DNA of 64,000 bases from Paraspadella gotoi. Lineage: Eukaryota > Animalia > Chaetognatha. Shown here one piece after another: positions 1 through 12,163 of the stretch. The stretch is taken from the NCBI GenBank assembly GCA_051294375.1, contig CM119265.1:7450629-7514628 (forward strand), given 5' to 3'. The notes below the pieces were generated by a model, which saw only the letters and a program-made list of their open reading frames with translations, had not been told where the DNA came from and ran no database searches. Made by a program: the position numbers and the translations under genes. Every line of letters starts with the position of its first letter. Position 1 is the stretch's first letter.

Positions 1-69
1 GAACTTCTTGCCTAAAGAAAAAGAAGCAAAAAATAAGAGAAGAGAAAAAAATTAAAGACAAAGAAAAAA

Positions 70-360
70 GTGAAGAAAGAAAAAGAGAAGAAAGAGAAGG
101 AGATGAAAAAAAAGGAGAAGAAAGAAAAGGAGAAGAAAGAAAAGGAGAAGAAAGAAAAGGAGAAGAAAATAAAGGAGAAGAAAGAAAAGGAGAAGAAAGA
201 AAAGGAGAAGAAAGAAAAGGAGAAGAAAGAAAAGGAGAAGAAAGATAATAAGAAGAAAGAAAAGGAGAAGAAAGAAAAGGAGAAGAAAGAAAAGGAGAAG
301 AAAGAAAAGGAGAAGAAAGAAAAGGAGAAGAAAGAAAAGTACAAGAAAGAAAAGGAGAGA
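70..360. repeat. 15-bp purine-rich minisatellite (AAAGAAAAGGAGAAG)n
   Basis: Tandem unit directly visible, roughly 17-19 copies. It explains the KKEKE and FSF ORFs. Confidence 0.9.
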
Positions 361-1505
361 GGCGAAATCGAATGAAATTAAGATGAATGGAGAATCAGAG
401 AAAAGAAAAAAAAAGATTCGAATTTAAGATAAATTCTTTTTTTTCTTTTTTTTCCCTTTTTTAAATTTCGGTAGGCACTAGACAGAGATTTGAAAGAGGA
501 GGAGGAGGGGGAAGAGGAGGAGGAAGAGGAAACGCTGGACCTTTTGAGGAAAAAGTTAAAAGTAAAGAGGAAAGAGGATAAACGTCAAATCTCCCGACGA
601 GAAGCGAATCGAATTTGAAATTTTTTGGCGCGAGGGAATAAAATAATTATCGGTCGTTCTTCGATGAAAAAATATGTAATATGCCGCGTCATATTAAGTT
701 AAAGTAGAACTATTTAGACCAACCAAAATTTTTTCAGTCATGGAAATATCCGTTTTATGCTTGTCAAAAAAGTTAATGTGTAACGGGTTAAAAAAAGGAA
801 GAATATTTGACGAAGGAAAAAGGAAAAAGTGAAGAAAGGAAATTGACATGAGAAAGAAAGTTGAAAGTATTGAAAGGTGATAGACAAGACGAGGGAGAAG
901 GTAATTTTGTGTAAAATATTTTTTTGCAAAAATGTTCCAAACCATGAGTAATTCGCTAAATTAATATTATTATATTGCTATTATAAATGTCAAAAATTTT
1001 TTTTTGGTATTTTAAGTTTTTTAATTGATTTGATAGAGCTTAAAAAGTTAAGCAAAAAATATAATTACACTTTTAAAATTTGATGTTTTATTACTAAAAA
1101 TTAGTAAAAACTGCTAAAATCATCGGATGATGATGATGATGATGATTTTTTAAGTTTTCTCAATTTTAAACCCACTACATCAAAATATTTTGAAAAAATA
1201 ATTATACTTTGTGTAGATAACTTTTTTATAAGCTATTTGAATCTGCTTTTAAAATTAAAAATTCCAAAAAAAATTTTAAATTTTCTATCTATAATAAATA
1301 TTAAAAATTAATTACTAATGCTCTTGCCCATTTTAGAAATTCTTTGCTCCATTGAAATTTTTCTCAGAAATGGTATGAAGTTTATTTGGAAAGGTTCCCA
1401 AATCAAACTTCTGACCCACCCCATTGACGAAGTTTCAAAAACTCGCACTGAATGAATAATTAATTGGGTCATCGATTCATTCCGTAATTTACTCGAGATC
1501 CCTAC

Positions 1506-4500
1506 CTGTCTCGCTCTCTCTCCCGAGGTGAGGAGTGTCGTGACCGAGACGACGACGACGATGCCGCAGCAGACGCTGCCCGCCGCCGACGCAGCGTAAG
1601 CCGCGAGGGCGTCGTTTCCGGCGAGGCGCGCGTCTGCGTCGTGGAAGAGCGGGAGGAGGAGATCGCCGCCGGAGAGAAGAGCGGCGGCGCTGCGGCGGAG
1701 ACGAGGACAGCAGCGGCGAAATATCTTGAGCCGAGGTGCGCGTCTGCGGTGAAGATAAAGAATGTTTCGGTTACGATCCTAATTTGTCATTTCTTAGAAA
1801 TACTACTTCTTTGTTCCTATTTTTCACTGACCTGTCTTCGGCATTTGGCAGCCGGTCCTTGAGCCCGTGAGAATTGCCTTCTCCTTGACTAGTGGAGACA
1901 TTTGGGTCGACGTCCCATGGGATTCTTGTCGAGCCACTCGGCCAGGTGCTTTAGCGGTGGGGCCTTCGAGCCCGTTATCTGTTCAAAAATAATGTAAATA
2001 ATGTAATATATAATTCTATTAATGTTTAGTCGCTTGAAACGATCAAAGTCATAAAAATCCCAACTTACCTCTTCGGTGTAGCGATTAAAAACAGAGACGT
2101 TTTCTTCTCCGGTCACTTTTTCCCAATCGATGGCCCTGGGGTCCAGACGGCCTCTTCTTCCTCTTCCCAACGAGTCGGCCAATCCGGCCGCCGACGGACG
2201 CCGCGAGCCGGAGGCACCGCCCAGCGCCGCGCCATAAAGACCGTCGCCCCGCAGCAGCGCCTGAAAAAACAACAAGAATCCACCTTTTCATTATCTTTAA
2301 TTCCCGATAAAAAAAAATAAAATACATAAAATAATACGACAATATGCAAATGAGATTCAGATAATTCACAATTATCTGCTACAAATTTCGATATTCCCCT
2401 TACTGTAGCTGCAGCTCTGGTCGGCAGCAACCAGCGACGACAGCGCCGCCGCAGTCGCCGGGTCCATGGCGCGCCGGAGCCGAGCAGCGAGATGAGGCGA
2501 GGGAGGAAAGGAGGCTGCGGGAGAGGAAGAGGAGGAGGTTGAGAGAAGAGGAGGAGGAGGCGGCCGTGGTGAGGAGTCCCAGGGGGAGGAGAGGGAAGAG
2601 CGGCCTGAGGAAGACATGAGCCTGCGGAAATGGAAGGGATGGAAGTAAAAAAAAACAGACGAAAAATTAGAACCAAATTAAATCAATTAATACCAACAAA
2701 ACATAGAAATCACGAACACGAACCAGCCAAGGAACTGGCGAAGATAGCGACGAAAAGAGGACGCCGCAGACGAAGACGACGCCGCGGCAGCAGCAGCAGC
2801 AGCCGCTGCCATCGACGACGACGCCGACGATGAATGATGTTTGGACGACGATGAGGCAGCCGGACGCTCTTTGCCACGACCTCGTTAGACGTCGAAGGCG
2901 CGCCCAAAGACGCCGCCACGCCGGTCGCGGCGCCGCCTCCAGCGCACCGCGATGCCCAGTTGGAACCGAGCTTCCCGACGATCCGTCCATTTGGACTTTT
3001 TCTGAGACGCGTGGATCTGCGACCGCGGCCGAAGATTTAGAGACGCCCACGCGCCGGCGGAGGAGGAGTCGAGCCGAGATCGAGGTAAGGAGGTTGAGGT
3101 TTGGAGGTTGAGGGCGAGAGGTCGTCTCTTTGGCAGATAGACTCTTGCCGGAAGCCAATGCCTGAGGAAAGAAATAAATTAATCGTATTTGTATCTTGGC
3201 AGAGATGCGCCAAGAAAGAAAAGAAACGAAAAGAGTCTTACAGGGAGAGATCAAAAGAACCAAAGCTATACGTTGCAATTACTAAAAAAATTACTAATAC
3301 ATTACCTCCTCAGTGAGTCTACTCTGCCAGCGGAGATAGTCGCCACCATTTCTTGGCTCAACCCCATCGACTGCGACCAATTTCTCCGTTGCCTCGAGGA
3401 AACTTGAGGTGCGCCTCGCCAAGGAGGGAGAAGGCCGTAGAGGGCGCTTGTCGCCGCTGGAGAGAGAGAGAAAAAAAAAGTCAAGAGGTAAAAGGAAGGA
3501 GAGGGGAGAAGAGAGAAAGTGAGAGAATGTAACGTCGATAAAAAAAAGAAATATGAACTTACCGCCGCAGCGGCGGCTGCCGCGAGGCTTGGAGTCGGAC
3601 TTGTCTCTTCCCCGGATCGCGAAGAAGCGTGGCTGCCCGCGGGGCAGCGGAACAAGTCGAGAGTCGAGGATCCTGGCGAAAATAACAATTTAGGTTAAAA
3701 GAGTGGTCAGAGACAGAATGAGTTGGGGTCAAATTGACCCCAGGTTAAAGAGTGGTCAGCAGACCAAAATGTGTTGTGGTCAAAACTGACCCCAGGTTAA
3801 AAGAGTGGTCAGAGACAGAATGAGCTGAGGTCAAAACTGACCATGATTACAACCATATTTAAAGAGTGGTCAAAGAGACAGAATGGTTGGGGTCCCAAAA
3901 CTGACCCCAGTTAAAGAGTGGTCAGAGACAAATGTGTTGTGGTCAACTGCCCAGGTTAAAAAGTGGTTCAGAGACCAGATGAGCTGGTGTCAAAACTACC
4001 TGTCCGTGCCCGGCTGGGCGATATGATTGAGAATCAGCAGAGCGACGAACGATAGAGAACGTGGATCGATAAGCGATCTGGTGATAAGCGGGTGGAGCCG
4101 TGGGCCTTAAGGGGTCAAGATGAAGATCAAGGAAATAAAAAAGGAGGTGATAATGTAAAAATATATGAAATCTAATTGGCAATGAAACAATTTTTTACAT
4201 AATAAAGATATAAATAGGAAAATGAGGTACATGCGTACGATATAATAAATTTTATTTATGATCCATCCTTTACTAGTCGTGATACGCACACCCAACAGTC
4301 ACCCTCGGCTCCCATGAAATCACCGCTTGCTGCCCGCCCACCGCCGCCGCGGCTCCCTGCCGATGAAAAAAGCCCCCCCCTTTTTTGGGCCGGGAGCACA
4401 CCCAAAAGGTCCTCGCAACTTGCAGTGTGTTGCGCCATCCAACTCGAGTCTCTTTCCCGCTTTCGCCGAGAGCGGATTCGTAGATTCGTTCTGGGATAAA

Positions 4501-5830
4501 TATGATTATTTATTTAAAATAATAATAATGGGTAAACGTGTCTAATTTTCGAAAGATGTAGTTTCGATCGATTCAATATGCGCGGCGTCAGGAATGAATC
4601 GGCTCAAAAACAATTTGAAACGTCGAAAATGCTGAAGACAGATAAGAATAAAATGTTTTAATCTATAGGTTAACTAATGCGAAAGACTTTCCACCCACGC
4701 TTGTCAACCCTTCCCTCCATTTTTAACATAATTTAAGGATTCTCCAGAAAGGGAGAGAATAATTTCGCAAATAATCGATTGCGAAGAAACTCGAAGCGCC
4801 GCCTAACATGCAAATATAGATTTCATCCCCCAAAAAATTAAAATCCCAGTATTAAGGATGTGTTGAGCAAAGATATATAAGCTGTTATATAGATTTAAAG
4901 ATAAAACGCCGCGCTAAAAAATATGAAAGGGCAAGGCAAAATAGAATGAAATAACCAGAAGTAGTCTAACTACGGGACGGCAAACAAACATTTAAAAGCG
5001 ATATAGGAAAAGCGTGAATAATTGAAAAGCAAACAAAAAGAAAATATGTCGAGTAAGCGACTACGAATCCCGAAAATAACAGGGGAGGGAGCGACGGAGA
5101 AGTTAGCGCTGTGTGGTAGGGAATGGAAGTGAGCGAATGACCGTCTAAACTACGAGGATTATTAGTTAAGCTAAAAAAATTTTTCACTGGTTACAGGGAT
5201 GATTGCGTCTAGCGGTTGGGAGCGCGCTGCCTCTTTCCAGAGAGATTATACTTATTTTAAAAGAATTGAAACTCGCGGGCTCGCCCCAATAATCGACTTC
5301 CGTTAAACAGCGACTGCGTTATTAGACTCCTTAACAAGAAGTTCTGGTCACACTCTCAATCTCTCTCTCTCCTACCTACTGAACGGAGCGCGGATCGAGG
5401 GAGATCGGCCGACCTCGGCCGAAGACGACGCCGACGACGGTGCGCCCGAGACGGCTCCGGCGCCGGCCTCGCCCAGCGTCGCGTCCGGCGTCTCGACCGG
5501 CAGCCAATGATGGCGTAGCCCGAGGGGACGAAGCGGAGGCGTAGGAGCGGACGCCAAGTGGCGCGTCGAGTCAGATCGTCGACTTGGCGGCGGAAGCGGC
5601 CGACGGCCGCACGCCATGCCGACGAGAGGAGGTGTGGTGTAGGCGGGAGGCGAGGTCGGCGGCCACGTCGGCGGCCGAGCCAGCGCCGCCGCCGGCACCG
5701 CCTCGTTTGAGAATAGTATGGGGTGATGCAAGGAGGTATTCGTGGAGGAAGATGAGGAATCAGCGGGTGGAAGAGGCAGGAATTGAGGAGTGATGGTCCG
5801 CAGGGAGGGGCAGCGCCAGGCGGAGAGGTT
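1506..5830 (-). CDS. CHD7: CHD7/Kismet-family (CHD6-9) chromatin remodeller, 3' exons only, indel-damaged
   Basis: Chain of GC-rich minus-strand exons with AG/GT ends, approximately 5376-5830, 4286-4486, 4000-4105, 3563-3672, 3306-3456, 2724-3161, 2404-2621, 2069-2260, 1832-1978 and 1506-1743. A BRK domain spans two of them. The upstream exons show only weak, frameshifted echoes of CHD7 post-ATPase segments. The family call rests on the BRK motif. Confidence 0.7.
1832..2260 (-). CDS. CHD7: BRK domain exons
   Basis: Exon 2260-2069 (..DWEKVTGEENVSVFNRYTEE, donor GTAAGT) splices in phase 0 to exon 1978-1832 (ITGSKAPPLKHLAEWLDKNPM, then DVDP in a shifted frame). This matches the BRK pattern TGEExVxVxNRxxG..APPxKxLxxWLxxNPxFxVxP of CHD7/Kismet. 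Confidence 0.85.
3692..3998. repeat. Intronic ~50-53 bp minisatellite, about 6 copies, with internal palindrome GGGGTCAAATTGACCCC
   Basis: Unit AGGTTAAAAGAGTGGTCAGAGACAGAATGAGTTGGGGTCAAATTGACCCC repeated head-to-tail with small indels. Confidence 0.9.
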
Positions 5831-6322
5831 TGAACGCCAGATCGGAAATCCTCATCTTTTTGTTTTGTATTGTATTTTTTTATTAGTCAGGGGGGGAGAT
5901 ATTTGTTTTTTGTTATTTTTTCGGTAGACGAATCGGAAGAAAAATGGAGCGAGATGAGGAAACAACGGAGAATGAAAAAGATTTTTGAAAGGGAAAATAA
6001 AACAAAAAAGGTATGAAATGAATGCCCACACACCACCGCCCAGCGACCACTAGAGAATTGTTTAATTACCATCATCCTACCCACGACATTGTACTTACTA
6101 CGAGACTTAAAATATACAGTCCTCGGACGACATCCGATGCTAGAACAATATATTCATTGTTCATTCCTCGTTTTCCCCGCCAGTCACCATATTTCGATTG
6201 TTGTCACTATCAGGATAGGCTTTAATAATTTCTTTGGATTTTTTTGGCTCCTCGACCTCCACTATTCATCTTTTTATCCTGTCTTCTCGCTCCAACTACA
6301 ATCCCTTCCAATTGGGTCCTTT

Positions 6323-6396
<74 letters not shown>

Positions 6397-7260
6397 ATCT
6401 CTCTCTCTCTCTCTCCTCTCTTCTCTCTCTCTCTCTCTTACTCCGGGACCTTCTCTCCTTTTGTATTATTTCCTCCTTCTTCNNNNNNNNNNNNNNNNNN
6501 NNNNNNNGAGAGAGAGAGAGAGAGAGCAAAGGACCCAGATTGGATAGAGGGAAGAAAAAATATGGAACGGACCAAAAAAAGAAAAAAAAGGAAAAAAAAT
6601 GCGGGTAAAATGGAGGAATAAAAATAAGTAGATCGGGTCTCGGATGTTTGGAGCGAGAGTCAATGCGTGGGTGGGGATGGAATAAACATCTAGGGTCGCG
6701 GGCGGGATGGTGGGCTCCACCCTATTTCAGTTTATGGTGGATTGGAAAGTTTACTTTAAACAACTAATGTCGGATTAAAGTGGTAGGATTAAGTTTAGAG
6801 TATATAAACGGGAAGATGTTGAAGTTGCTTTTTTTTATTAATATAATACCAAAAACAGTATTCACATCAACAGTGACAGCGTATAACGATAAAGGATGGT
6901 TGGGATCNNNNNNNNNNAACAAAAACAAAAGACTCTAACCTTTAAAATGGAACCATTAATACAATTTTATGAACTAATTCATAAGAAACTTTATAATATA
7001 ACGTTCAACAAGCAAGATTTAAAAAAAAATAAATTAAAAAAAAATCAGAAACAGCATAAAAAACTATAAAATGGTAAACAAGTAAAACCTAAACTATTAA
7101 AATTAAAAAAACAAACAAAAGACACCAGTGACGTTTAAAATTGAAACAATAATAAAATGTTATTAACTCAAGCTGAAGTTGCTTACATTTATTAATTCCA
7201 AAGTTGAGCGTATACCTAAACCGGGAAAAGAATGTGAGGTTAGCAGATCATGTCTAATGG

Positions 7261-7295
7261 CTAACAGCTAACAGCTAACAGCTAACAGCTAACAG
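7261..7295. repeat. (CTAACAG)5 heptamer repeat
   Basis: Five perfect copies visible. Confidence 0.9.
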
Positions 7296-7389
7296 CTGAA
7301 GGTCTTCGGTCGGATAGAGAGAGAGTCAGAAAATCTAGGAAGTTGGGGAGTTTTTTATCCTCCTTCCCGAAAATAAGAGCCAAACCTTG

Positions 7390-7560
7390 ACCTCTCGCGC
7401 CAAAGTGGGAGAAATTGGTGGAATTATTTACACATATGCAAACAGAGAAAATGGAGTAAAACAAACTTGCGAACCCGAACGTCAAGCGAGTTTCGGCGGA
7501 AGTGAAAGAGGGGGCGTGGCGAAGAGCGGCAGGGGGGGAATTTTTGCGCGGGAAACTGAC
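7390..7560. promoter_or_regulatory. Promoter-like GC-rich patch with E2F-, ETS- and Sp/KLF-type motifs
   Basis: TCGCGCCAAA 7395-7404, GGCGGAAGTG 7495-7504, GGGGCGTGGC 7511-7520 and GCGCGGGAAA 7546-7555 in an AT-rich background, 1.4 kb upstream of the ATG at 8923. Motif-only evidence. Confidence 0.4.
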
Positions 7561-8922
7561 GGAGTTGCTATTTCTGTAGCGAACATTTTCGGATTGTGTA
7601 CGATCTGGGATTCTTGCCAAGTCGCCGAGTAATCGCCGCAATCCCGAGAGCGACTTCTGCCTTTTTTTTATACGGGAAGTCTTTAATTTTTATTCTCTTT
7701 TCCCAAAAAGGAAATAATGTCAAAAAGTTTCATTTTAAGTTGACAACTTTAGGTTCGGTTTGACGAAGAAAATCGTCAATTCCAATACAACTGAAAGATT
7801 CACTCATGGAAATAAACATAAATAGAAATAAATAGAAATAAACATTTTTCGTTAAAAGAATTCTTGCAAACGTTCGTTTGAGTTTGGTACTGGTTTGTAG
7901 ATATACGAAGAGTAAAACTTAAAAAGAAATCTACTAACTTGGATAAAATGAAGGTCGTCAACGATTAAACGTGAGAAATGATCGCTAGATCACAACTGCG
8001 AGAATCTATTCCCTCATTTTCTTTCTCTCTTTCTGTCTCTTTTTCTCTCTCTTTCTTTCTTGATCGGACCCGGACTCTCTCCGTGCCTTCCTCTTTACTG
8101 TCGTTGTTGTTTTTTCAAAGCCAACAGCTTTCTCTCTTTCTCTCTCTTCTCGTAAATCCACTTTTTNNNNNNNNNNNNNNNNNNNNNNNNNNNNNNNNNN
8201 NNNNNNNNNNNNNNNNNNNNNNNNNNNNNNNNNNNNNNNNNNNNNNNNNNNNNNNNNNNNNNNNNNNNNNNNNNNNNNNNNNNNNNNNNNNNNNNNNNNN
8301 NNNNNNNNNNNNNNNNNNNNNNNNNNNNNNNNNNNNNNNNNNNNNNNNNNNNNNNNNNNNNNNNNNNNNNNNNNNNNNNNNNNNNNNNNNNNNNNNNNNN
8401 NNNNNNNNNNNNNNNNNNNNNNNNNNNNNNNNNNNNNNNNNNNNNNNNAAAAAAAAAAAAAAAATAAAAGGGGAAAAAATATTCTTCTTGGTTTTTATTA
8501 ATCGTTTTCCGATTCCTTCCTTTCTCTACTTTCTTTGGGTGTAAAGTGTAAACTCGTTTTTGCTAAAAAAATATTTAAAAAAAGGATAAAAATATTCCTG
8601 GTTTGCTTTATTTTTTATCGCAGTTTTGTGTCTCAGTGAGAACGAAAAATTTGTTTTCGGGTTCTGCCTTTCGTAAACTAATTAAAAATCAATATTAAAA
8701 TTTTGTCTAAATTCAGGGGAAAGAATCGAAAAAGTTGTTTTTTTCTATTTTTAGTTCCTAATTAATGATTTTTTTTTCCGTTTTATTAAGGTCTATTCAG
8801 TAAGGGCTATATCACGATTGTTCAAAATTAAAGGGTTCAAACAAAAATGGGTAACTTTTTTTTTTTCTCCAACAGAGAAAACGACAAAAAATACCGTGTA
8901 TTAAAAAAAAAAAGAAGAAAAA

Positions 8923-10196
8923 ATGGCGACGCCCCGCGGTCGTTTGGATTATCGGAAACATCGCGCCATCTCGATGCAGATTGAACAAAAGGGCAACGAC
9001 GACGACGATGGGGACGACGACGAGAACGCCGTCGTCGTCGAATTCAACGGCCATCGCTTCGTCCGCCAGAAAAACGCCAAGACTCGTCCCATCTATTGTT
9101 CCTTCTGCAAGAGGAGCATCCAATGGTCCGGAAAGGATTCGTACAGGTTGGCTCGGGCCCGACATTGTCGGCAACTTGCCAGTCGAAGACCGAGAAATCT
9201 CGGTCTTTGCGACGATGTTATCGCTCAGGGCCGATTTGACTTGAAAGGAATAAAGAAGCGACATCTATTGGTTGTTAAAGAATCGCGTTCGAAGGAGGAT
9301 TAAAGGTTTTAAAGAATTGAGAGACAATGATGATTGCTCACGAACGATTATCGAACTTTAATCTTTGCTTGAATCTTGTCTGGTAAGAAAAGATAATCTC
9401 TCGACTTAAATCTGCGTCAAGTCATTGAGGCACGTTCTTTGGCCACCTTACTCGGTCGTCGTAGTTGTCTAAGTGTTATTTAGTTATACACATGAGAATA
9501 GTAACCGGAAAAGGGTCTTGTAAACTTTTCAATAAGATTTATTACCCTTATTAACTAATACTTTTAAAAATTAAAACGTTGCATATTTCTCCTCCCTCCC
9601 CTTCCCGCGCCAGATGTCGCGGATGCCACCTGTCCGTCCACGCCAGATGTCACGATCAGTTATTGAGCGCCTGTCCAGCCGCTAAGCGCGCCACGCCGGG
9701 CGATGCTTCCCCGAAACTGGCGCGCATCACACTAAACGTCCCTCATCGATTCGTGAAAACGACTTTCAGGGCGCCGGCCTTTTGTCGGGTGGGGAAACCA
9801 ATTGTTCAGTGTGTATTATTATAAAATAAATAGTTTTTTGACCGTTTCTTATCGTTTTATAGTCTCATAGTTTTAAGTGAGATACCATAAACATAATATA
9901 AATTAAAGATCATCATTAAAGCAGTGTCAATAATTCTAGTATAAGTATCGTACTTACACGCCACAATACGAAATTTAAACAATCTGGTAACGATTGTAAC
10001 GTCATTTTTACCAACGCTTTCCAGCAATGCGGTCGAATGATTCACGGGATTCTCAAGCAGGGCGTCCGCTGCTCCGCCTGTGGTGTCGCCTGCCATTTTG
10101 CCTGCTGCAGAAGATCGCTGCGGATTGCGGTTTTTGGATCAAAGGCAGCTCGTTGCGTCGCGTTATCGCTTAATGAAATCTTCGAACAAAAGAGTG
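8923..10196 (+). CDS. Tandem C1 (DAG/phorbol-ester type zinc finger) domains, novel-PKC-like, 3 exons
   Basis: Exons 8923-9146, 9614-9788 and 10025-10196 join with consistent phases (AG|A, phase 2; CGG|CAA, phase 0). C1A is HRF..CSFC-x13-CRGC-x4-H-x2-C-x7-C. C1B is HRF-..PAFCRQCGRMIHGILKQGVRCSACGVACHFAC, and its final x7-CG (xQKIAADCG) needs one added base near 10105. Confidence 0.9.
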
Positions 10197-10583
10197 GTGA
10201 GGTTTCCAAGGCGAGAACAAAATATTATTGCTAGGCCGAAATTGAATTGAAATTCACGAATATTACGTTTGAATATTTGAATATGAATATTTGAGTATTG
10301 TGTGGAGACGATGCCGCGAGCAGTTTACGTTCCGTTGCAAACAAGGGTCCCGAAATTCGGATCGGACTGTAGTCCGTCACTACAGAGTGGGTTAGACGCG
10401 CCCGTCCCGCTTTTACTTAGGTGAATCAGCAGGGCGCGAATCCGAGTCCTTTGGGTTGGGAGGAGCTCGTGCAACCTTCCGGCGCCATAGGTGCTAGCTG
10501 ATTCACGGACGAGTAACGGGGTATGAAATACTACCGCTACAATTGATACTCTATTAGTTCGATCAACAAACCCCGTTTCCAAG

Positions 10584-12123
10584 GCGACCAATAAAGCGCA
10601 ACATGAGCGTCCCGCTCATCGACGACATGGCGGAGGCGGAGTTTCGATCTTCCGCCAAAACCCTGGAGGAGAACGACGTCGTGTTGAAGGCGCTGCGGAA
10701 GCGGCTCATCGAGAGGAAACGAAGGCTGGAGGCGGAGGCGAAACTAGGAAACGACGCCGAGAAAGAGAAAGGAAAGAACGACGGGAAAACGGTGAATACC
10801 GGCGCCGTAAGCGCCGTAAGCGCCGGTGACAACGACTCGGAGGAAGAGTCCATCATGGTAACCACGGTGACGCTGCGAAACTCAATCCCAACGCGGAAAC
10901 AGTCGTCAAGACGCGAAGACGGGTGGAAGGAGGCGTCGACGAGAGACTCCACTCTTCGAACTCTCGACGCCGTCGACGACGCTCCCCACGACGACGGCGC
11001 CTTCGAGGATCTCGATCTCCTCGTCCAACGCGTCTTCGGCGTCGAATCTCATCCCCTCAACAAACTCGACATCCTCCACGCGGAGTCGTTCCGGCGAAAG
11101 GCCGAGTCGGTCCTAGACGCCGTCGCCAAGTCATTCGTTGAAGACCGGCGGCGCCGTCACGCCTACGAGATCTTGGAGAAACGCGACGGGCGGCTCGAGG
11201 ACGCACTCGAGGCGCTGGCTGCGCTGCATCGAAAGCCCGCCGAGACGGACGGAGTCGGCGGCTGAAGCCACTCTAAGCGGAGATGTGTGGGAAGGCGCGG
11301 CGGTGGAAGGCGTGAGATGGTGGATATGGCGGCGTTGTACGAGGAGGCGGCGGACGAGGCGCTCCGGAGAGACGCCGAGTTTCTCGTGGAGGAGGTGGTG
11401 CTGGACAGGAATTGGGGCGCCATGCTGAGGGTGTATCGGTTGGCGGCGGTCGATGATGACGAGAAGTTAAAGCGGGTCTTCAGCAGGGGAAGCAACGAAG
11501 CGAAGGTAAGTTAAGTCGAGGGAGGAATGGGGGTAAGGGTGGCAAGGCTACTTGGTGGAAAATGTGGCAAATTAAAGCGGTTTTGCGATGGACTGAGTGT
11601 GTCATTCTCTATATGTCTGATCATACAATTACACATTAATACCTCGACCAACAGATCGGCGTTCCCCTCGAATTCCTCCCCCGCGACTATGTACCCCTCC
11701 GCCGCCACCGTCGCACCGACCCGCGCCGCTTCAGCCGAAAGCGCCGTCGTCATGGATACGAAGATGTCGTCCGAATCCTCCGCCGGATGGTCGAGTCGGA
11801 GAGCATCCTCGAGAAGTTGGAATGCGTCGTCGAAGCCGCCAAGTCCGTCTGCGTCTGCGCGGCGAGGATACAGATGGCGCGTGGGGTGGTCGAGGAGGAA
11901 GAGGAGGAAGAGGAGACAGGAAAAACAAAAGACGAGATCGAAGCGAGACTGTCGACGGGTGGCGCTCTCTCTTGGGGAGAGACGGAAGATGAAAAACAAA
12001 AGGCAAAGACGATAAGGAGCGAAAAGGAAGAAGACGCTGACATCTCGCTAAATAACGACAATAACAAGGAAGACACGGACAGGGAGAAACAAAAGAACAC
12101 GGAAAAAGGCGTCAAGATCGACG

Positions 12124-12163
<40 letters not shown>

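Noticed and set aside
12-375. KKEKE-rich and FSF-rich ORFs as proteins
   Set aside because: They are translations of a 15-bp purine minisatellite with no splice or domain support.
3692-3998. CRISPR-like array (palindromic repeats at regular spacing)
   Set aside because: The intervening sequences are also repeated, so there are no unique spacers. It lies in a eukaryotic intron with no cas genes.
10380-10400. Telomerase-RNA-like template (minus strand GTCTAACCCAC)
   Set aside because: The template is incomplete and pseudoknot elements are not in the expected order.
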